The notes beneath the pieces were generated by a model, which worked only from the letters and a program-made list of their open reading frames with translations, made no database searches and was not told where the DNA came from. A stretch of DNA of 11,571 nucleotides from Anaerolineae bacterium. GTDB taxonomy: Bacteria > Chloroflexota > Anaerolineae > S140-20. Every line of letters starts with the position of its first letter. The stretch's first letter is position 1. Made by a program: the position numbers and the translations under genes. Positions 6,775 to 11,571 of the stretch are shown here, piece after piece. Location: assembly GCA_027021705.1 (NCBI GenBank), contig JALUTT010000062.1, positions 1 to 11,571 of the forward strand. The letters run 5' to 3'.

Positions 6775-8013
6775 ATGAACCACCTGGCGATCCTTCACTA
6801 CGCAGCCCCACCTATCGTAGGGGGCGTTGAGAGCACCATCTACCATCACGCCCGGCTGTTGACCCAGGCCGGTTACCGGGTCCGGGTCATCGCCGGGCGG
6901 GGAGAGCCCTTCCATCCCCAGGTTGCCTTCTACCGGGTGTCGGAGGTGGATTCGCGCCATCCCGAGGTGATGGCGGTAGGAGAGGTGTTGGCCCGGGGGG
7001 AGGTGCCGCCGGCCTTCGCCGCCCTGCGCGACCGCCTGGTCGAGCGGCTGACTCCTCTCCTGAGGGATGTCCAGGTCTGCATCGTCCACAACGCCATCAC
7101 CCTGCACAAAAACCTCCCCCTAACCGCTGCTCTGCACCGGCTGTCCGAGGCCGGGGTGACCCGCTTCATCGCCTGGTGTCACGACTTCGCCTGGCAGGAT
7201 ACCCTCTACACGCCAGACCTGCACCCGGGCTATCCCTGGGACCTGCTGCGCACCCCCTGGACAGGCGTGCGCTACGTTGTCGTTTCCGCCCACCGGCGAG
7301 GTCAATTGGCCGCTCTGCTGGGCATCGCCGAGGCGGAGATCGCCGTCGTGACCCCGGGTGTGGATGTAGCCGAGTTCCTGAAGCTGGAGCCGGCCACCCG
7401 GCGCCTGGTCGAGCGGCTGGACCTGCTGACTGCCGACCCGCTGATGCTGCTGCCGGCTCGCATCACCCGGCGCAAGAACATCGAGTTCGCCGTGCGGGTG
7501 ACGGCGGCTCTGACGCGGCACAAGCCCCAGGCCACCCTGGTGGTCACCGGACCGCCCGGCCCCCACAACCCCACCAACGTGGCCTACCTCCGGTCCCTCC
7601 AGGCCCTGCGGGAGAGGTTGGGGGTGCGGGCGCGGGTGCACTTCCTGTACGAGCACGGTGAGGGGGGCGAGCCCCTGCACGTCAGCGACGCGATGGTGGC
7701 CGACCTCTACCGCCTGGCGGACCTGCTGCTCTTCCCTAGCCGGCGGGAGGGGTTTGGCATCCCGGTGCTGGAGGCGGGCCTGGCCCGCCTGCCCGTCTTC
7801 GCCGCCGACATCCCGCCGGTGGAGGAGAGCGCCGGGGCGCTGGCCTACCGCTTCGACCCCGACGGAGACCCGGCGAGCGTAGCTCAGGCCATCCTGGCCC
7901 ATCTGGCCGAGGACACGGCCTACCACCTGCGCCACCGGGTGCTCCGCCGTTTCACCTGGCAGGCGATCCTGGCCGAGCGGGTGATCCCCTTGATCCAAGC
8001 AGAGGAGGGATGA
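6775..8013 (+). CDS. GT4 (GT-B fold) glycosyltransferase, distantly related to the two upstream paralogues
   Basis: PPIVGGVE N-terminal loop, IVHN, WCHDF, VVTPGVD, PARITRRKNIE and ADLLLFPSRREGFGIPVLEA (EX7E). Starts 6 nt after the previous stop. Confidence 0.92.
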   Translation: MNHLAILHYAAPPIVGGVESTIYHHARLLTQAGYRVRVIAGRGEPFHPQVAFYRVSEVDSRHPEVMAVGEVLARGEVPPAFAALRDRLVERLTPLLRDVQVCIVHNAITLHKNLPLTAALHRLSEAGVTRFIAWCHDFAWQDTLYTPDLHPGYPWDLLRTPWTGVRYVVVSAHRRGQLAALLGIAEAEIAVVTPGVDVAEFLKLEPATRRLVERLDLLTADPLMLLPARITRRKNIEFAVRVTAALTRHKPQATLVVTGPPGPHNPTNVAYLRSLQALRERLGVRARVHFLYEHGEGGEPLHVSDAMVADLYRLADLLLFPSRREGFGIPVLEAGLARLPVFAADIPPVEESAGALAYRFDPDGDPASVAQAILAHLAEDTAYHLRHRVLRRFTWQAILAERVIPLIQAEEG

Positions 8014-8016
8014 CCG

Positions 8017-9915
8017 ATGAGAAACCGGAACCACCGGCGTCTCGATCCGGCGGAGACGCTTCGCCCCTACAAGGTCCTGCTCCCCATCGCCGGACGGTCG
8101 GAGGCGGAGGTCCTGCTCCCGCTGGCCGAGGCCCTGGTCCGCGAACGACGGGGACAGCTGGTCATCCTCCACGTCGTGGCCGTGCCCGAGGGTCATTCCC
8201 TAAGCGAGGCCGCGGCCGAAGCCAGCCGATCGCGGGAAGTGCTGGAGCATTTCCTGGCCGAGCGGAGCCAGACCACGGCCCAGATCAGGACCGCTGTGCG
8301 CGTGGCCCGCGAGGTATGGGAGGGGATCTGGGAGACGGTGGAGCAGGAGGAGGTGGATCTGCTGCTCCTGGGGTGGCGTACCGAGGCGATGCAGGAGACC
8401 GCCGTAGAGGCGATGATCAACGAACGGCTGGCCGCGCCGCCTTGTGACGTGGTGGTGGTGCGTCCGGGGGCAGCGCTGACCGGCCCCGAGGGCTGGCAGA
8501 CGGTGCACCGTGTCCTGCTGGCCGTGCGGGGGGGACCCCACGCCGGCCTGGCCCTTCGGGTCGCCAACGTCCTGGCCGAGGCGACCGAGGCGACCATCAC
8601 CTTACTCCACGTGACCGGCCAGGCACCCCGCGATGCCGAAGAGCGGATCTTCGCCTCCTTCGCCCCGGCCCTGCGGGGGCTGGAGCGGCTGACCCGCTCG
8701 GTGACCACCGTGGGCGAGGTCTCCCAGGCGATCATCGAGGAGTCAGGGGGCCATCACGTGCTCGTGATGGGGGCACCCAGCCGTCGTGTCGCGCCCGACG
8801 GTTGGAGCGGCCCCGTGCTCGACGCCGTGGCAGCCGGCGTGGAGACCACCCTCATTGTCGTGAAGGAGCGGCAACGAGCGCCCATCCCGCCCCCCGAGGC
8901 GGTTGCAGAGGCCCCGCCCCAGTACGATCGCCCCATCGCCGTCGTTGTGGACAAGTGGTTTGCCGAGAACACCTTTCGCAGCCACGAGTTCGCCGACCTG
9001 GAGCGGCTGGTGGCGCTCAAGGAGGAGCAGGGGCTCACCATTAGCCTGGGCCTGCCCACGCTCAACGAAGAGGAGACGGTGGGCAACGTGATCCGAACCG
9101 TCAAGACGGCCCTGATGGAAGAGGTCCCCCTGCTGGACGAGATCGTCCTCATTGACTCGGGCTCGGTGGACTACACCCGGGAGATCGCCGCCGACCTGGG
9201 CATCCCCGTCTACATCCACCAGGAGGTCCTGCCCCAGTACGGGGCCTATCGGGGCAAGGGAGAGGCCCTGTGGAAGAGCCTCTACGTGCTCCAAGGCGAC
9301 ATCGTGGCCTGGATAGACACCGACATCGTGAACATCCACCCCCGCTTCGTCTACGGCATCCTGGGGCCGCTGTTGCGGGAGCCCCGCATCCAGTACGTGA
9401 AGGGGTTCTACCGCCGCCCTCTCCGGCGGGGGGACAAGCTGGTCGCCGGCGGCGGCGGTCGGGTGACGGAGCTGACGGCCCGCCCGCTGCTCAACCTCTT
9501 CTTCCCGGAGCTCTCCGGGCTCATCCAGCCCCTGGCGGGGGAGTACGCCGGACGACGCCAGGCCCTGGAACAGCTACCCTTCTTCACCGGCTTTGGGGTG
9601 GAGACGGGGCTGCTCATTGACATCCTGGACGCCTTCGGCCTCCAGGCCATCGCCCAGGTGGACCTGCTGGAGCGGATCCACCGCAACAAGCCCCTGCCGG
9701 CCCTCTCGCCGATGGCCTTCGCCATCATCCAGGTCGTCGTCCGCCGCCTGGAGGACCGCCACAAGATCCGGCTCTTGGAAGAGGTGAACAAGACGATGAA
9801 CCTGATCCGCTACGAGCCGGGGCGCTTCTACCTGGAGATGGTAGAGGTGCGGGAGCGAGAGCGCCCGCCGATGATCACCATCCCCGAGTATCGGCGGAAG
9901 CGGGGGCTGGAGTGA
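8017..9915 (+). CDS. gpgS: Glucosyl-3-phosphoglycerate synthase (GT81-type) fused to two N-terminal universal stress protein (USP) domains
   Basis: aa ~17-285 contain two USP-like repeats (KVLLP..ILHVV..VDLLLLGW..PCDVVVVR; RVLLAVRGGPHA..ITLLHV..VLVMGA..LIVVK), then a Pro/Ala linker. The C-half has LPTLNEE, IDSGSVD, GKGEALW, IDTD, VKGFYRRP, GGGRVTELTARPLL, QPLAGEYAGRR, GFGVETGLLID and RIHRN. Confidence 0.88.
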   Translation: MRNRNHRRLDPAETLRPYKVLLPIAGRSEAEVLLPLAEALVRERRGQLVILHVVAVPEGHSLSEAAAEASRSREVLEHFLAERSQTTAQIRTAVRVAREVWEGIWETVEQEEVDLLLLGWRTEAMQETAVEAMINERLAAPPCDVVVVRPGAALTGPEGWQTVHRVLLAVRGGPHAGLALRVANVLAEATEATITLLHVTGQAPRDAEERIFASFAPALRGLERLTRSVTTVGEVSQAIIEESGGHHVLVMGAPSRRVAPDGWSGPVLDAVAAGVETTLIVVKERQRAPIPPPEAVAEAPPQYDRPIAVVVDKWFAENTFRSHEFADLERLVALKEEQGLTISLGLPTLNEEETVGNVIRTVKTALMEEVPLLDEIVLIDSGSVDYTREIAADLGIPVYIHQEVLPQYGAYRGKGEALWKSLYVLQGDIVAWIDTDIVNIHPRFVYGILGPLLREPRIQYVKGFYRRPLRRGDKLVAGGGGRVTELTARPLLNLFFPELSGLIQPLAGEYAGRRQALEQLPFFTGFGVETGLLIDILDAFGLQAIAQVDLLERIHRNKPLPALSPMAFAIIQVVVRRLEDRHKIRLLEEVNKTMNLIRYEPGRFYLEMVEVRERERPPMITIPEYRRKRGLE

Positions 9916-9916
9916 G

Positions 9917-10516
9917 ATGACCCGCCTGGTCCTGATCCGCCACGGCGAGACCGACTGGAACGTGGAGGGGCGCTACCAGGGACAGGCCGATCCGCCCTTG
10001 AACGGGCGGGGGGTGGCCCAGGCCCACCGGCTGGCCGAGGCGCTGCGGGGGGTGGGCCTGGAGGTGCTTTACACCAGCCCCTTGCGCCGCGCCCGCCAGA
10101 CGGCCGAGGTGGTGGCCGAGGCGCTGGGCCTCCCCTTGTACGAGGAGCCCCGCTTGATGGAGATCCACCAGGGGGATTGGCAGGGCCGGCTGCGGGCGGA
10201 GATCGCCGCCCGCTACCCGGAGCTCTTCCGGCGCTGGCTGGAGGAGCCCTGGAGCGTGACCCCGCCGGGTGGGGAGAGCCTGGCCCAGGTGCAAGCCCGC
10301 GTCTACGCCGCCCTCGATGAGATCATCGCCCGGCATCCCGGCGGGTGCGTCGGTCTGGTCACCCACCGCATCCCCATCGCGCTCATCAAGGTACGCTACC
10401 AGGGGCTGGACCCCGACGCCGTGCGCACGCTGGAACTGCCCAACACCTACTACGAGGTCCTGATGGTCGGTGGCCGATGGCCGACCGCCGACGGCCGACC
10501 GCCGACCACAGACTGA
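9917..10516 (+). CDS. Histidine phosphatase superfamily protein (PGM-like); candidate glucosyl-3-phosphoglycerate phosphatase
   Basis: LIRHGETDWN, TSPLRRARQT, LMEIHQGDWQG, PPGGES and LVTH. Starts 1 nt after the gpgS stop. Substrate is inferred from context only. Confidence 0.9.
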   Translation: MTRLVLIRHGETDWNVEGRYQGQADPPLNGRGVAQAHRLAEALRGVGLEVLYTSPLRRARQTAEVVAEALGLPLYEEPRLMEIHQGDWQGRLRAEIAARYPELFRRWLEEPWSVTPPGGESLAQVQARVYAALDEIIARHPGGCVGLVTHRIPIALIKVRYQGLDPDAVRTLELPNTYYEVLMVGGRWPTADGRPPTTD

Positions 10517-10580
10517 GGACTGAGGACCGAGGACTGAGGGGCAAGGGGCAAGGGGCAGGGGGCAGGGGGCAAGGGGCAAG
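10462..10580 (+). repeat. Array of 17 in-phase degenerate heptamers in successive sub-blocks
   Basis: gatggtc ggtggcc gatggcc / gaccgcc gacggcc gaccgcc gaccaca / gactgag gactgag gaccgag gactgag / gggcaag x2 gggcagg x2 gggcaag x2. Confidence 0.92.
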
Positions 10581-10716
10581 GACCATCCGACCACCTGACC
10601 AAGCGACCAGATGACCACGTGACCAAGCGACCAGATGACCACGTGACCAAGCGACCACCTGACCAAGCGACCAGACGACCACGTGACCACCCGACCAAGC
10701 GACCAAGCGACCATCG
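10581..10716 (+). repeat. Array of 17 tandem octamers GACCA-nnn
   Basis: Invariant GACCA every 8 nt. Variable triplets in order: TCC CCT AGC GAT CGT AGC GAT CGT AGC CCT AGC GAC CGT CCC AGC AGC TCG. Confidence 0.97.
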
Positions 10717-10729
10717 GAGGATGAATCCA

Positions 10730-11571
10730 ATGACGCCTGAACGCCGCATCCGCGATCACCTCGCCTTTCTCTACGGCAAGACCGAGGCGGAGGCACTGTG
10801 GCCCCGGATGGAGGCCCGACTGGAGGCCTTTCGCCAGCGCAACCCCCACCTGCGGGAGGAGGTCCCGCCGCCCGAAGAGCGGCTCACGGAGCGGGATGCC
10901 TTCCTTATCACTTACGGGGATCAGTTTCAGGAACCGGGCCGGCCCCTCCTGCAGACGCTGGCGGACTTTCTGGAGCACCACCTGGCCGAGGCGGTCAGCG
11001 GCGTTCACCTGCTCCCCTTCTACCCCTACTCCTCCGATGATGGCTTCTCGGTCATAGACTACCGCCAGGTGGACCCCCGGCTAGGGACCTGGGAGGACGT
11101 GGCCCATCTGGGCCGGCGCTTCCGGCTGATGTTCGACGCGGTAATCAACCACATCTCCCGCCGGAGCGCCTGGTTCCAAGCCTTCCTGCGAGGCGAGCCG
11201 CCCTACACCGACTACTTCATCGTCGTGGACCCGGACACGGACCTCTCGATGGTGGTGCGTCCCCGGGCGCTGCCCCTCCTGACGCCCGTGGAGACGGTTC
11301 ATGGCCGGCGGTACGTCTGGACGACCTTCAGCGAGGACCAGATAGACCTCAACTACGGGAACCCCCAGGTCTTGCTGGAGATCGTGGACCTCCTGCTCTT
11401 CTACGTGGAGCGGGGGGCGGAGGTGATCCGGCTGGATGCCATCGCCTACCTGTGGAAGGAGATCGGCACCCCCTGCATCCACCTGCCCCAGACCCACCGG
11501 GTGGTGAAGCTCTTCCGCGCCGTCCTGGATGCGGTCGCCCCCGGCGTGCTGCTGATCACGGAGACCAACGT
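10730..11571 (+). CDS. GH13_18 sucrose-phosphorylase-family enzyme, glucosylglycerate phosphorylase (YcjM-like); 3'-truncated
   Basis: Translated by hand because it is absent from the track (no stop in the window): MTPERRIRDHLAFLYG...LITYGDQF...GVHLLPFYPYSSDDGFSVIDY...LMFDAVINHIS...VVRPRALPLLT...VWTTFSEDQIDLNY...IRLDAIAYLWKEIGTPCIHL...LITETN. Nucleophile Asp in RLDA and acid/base Glu in ITETN. SD GGAGG at 10716-10720; alternative in-frame ATG at 10721. Confidence 0.92.
   Translation, partial: MTPERRIRDHLAFLYGKTEAEALWPRMEARLEAFRQRNPHLREEVPPPEERLTERDAFLITYGDQFQEPGRPLLQTLADFLEHHLAEAVSGVHLLPFYPYSSDDGFSVIDYRQVDPRLGTWEDVAHLGRRFRLMFDAVINHISRRSAWFQAFLRGEPPYTDYFIVVDPDTDLSMVVRPRALPLLTPVETVHGRRYVWTTFSEDQIDLNYGNPQVLLEIVDLLLFYVERGAEVIRLDAIAYLWKEIGTPCIHLPQTHRVVKLFRAVLDAVAPGVLLITETN

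Noticed and set aside
950..8447. Long alternative ORFs (950..1999 -, 2538..3347 +, 5797..7107 -, 7120..8196 -, 8010..8447 +)
   Set aside because: Shadow ORFs expected in GC-rich coding DNA. They have no recognisable motifs and largely overlap well-supported genes.
10581..10716. CRISPR-like array (constant repeat plus variable spacer)
   Set aside because: The repeat is 5 nt and the variable part 3 nt with recurring values, far below CRISPR dimensions. No cas genes are present.
10462..10716. Significance of the equal count of 17 heptamers and 17 octamers
   Set aside because: The heptamer count depends on where the degenerate 5' boundary is drawn, so the match is most likely coincidence.
9875..11008. 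Minus-strand ORFs 9875..11008, 10386..10796 and 10450..10749 with WSLGHVV/PLAPCP repeats
   Set aside because: These are translations of the DNA repeats, antisense to well-supported genes. All three minus frames are open simply because the units lack stop codons on that strand.

Overview
GC-rich bacterial window; a Chloroflexota/Anaerolineae-like origin is a low-confidence inference. Most of it is a + strand cluster for glucosylglycerate (GG)/mannosylglucosylglycerate (MGG)-type compatible-solute metabolism. In order it encodes two CUT1 sugar ABC permeases (the first probably 5'-truncated), a GT-A/GT2-like protein, two tandem MggS-like GT4 paralogues, a third more divergent GT4, a tandem-USP::GpgS fusion, a histidine phosphatase (candidate GpgP) and a 3'-truncated GH13_18 glucosylglycerate phosphorylase-like gene that the ORF track missed. 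A reverse-oriented RHH-antitoxin/PIN(VapC) pair with its own promoter interrupts the cluster. Intergenic DNA is highly structured: REP-like hairpins, a perfect 15-bp inverted repeat between the paralogues, degenerate short tandem repeats on both sides of the TA pair, and a 255-bp compound array of 17 in-phase heptamers followed by 17 GACCAnnn octamers that runs from inside one gene into the Shine-Dalgarno of the next.
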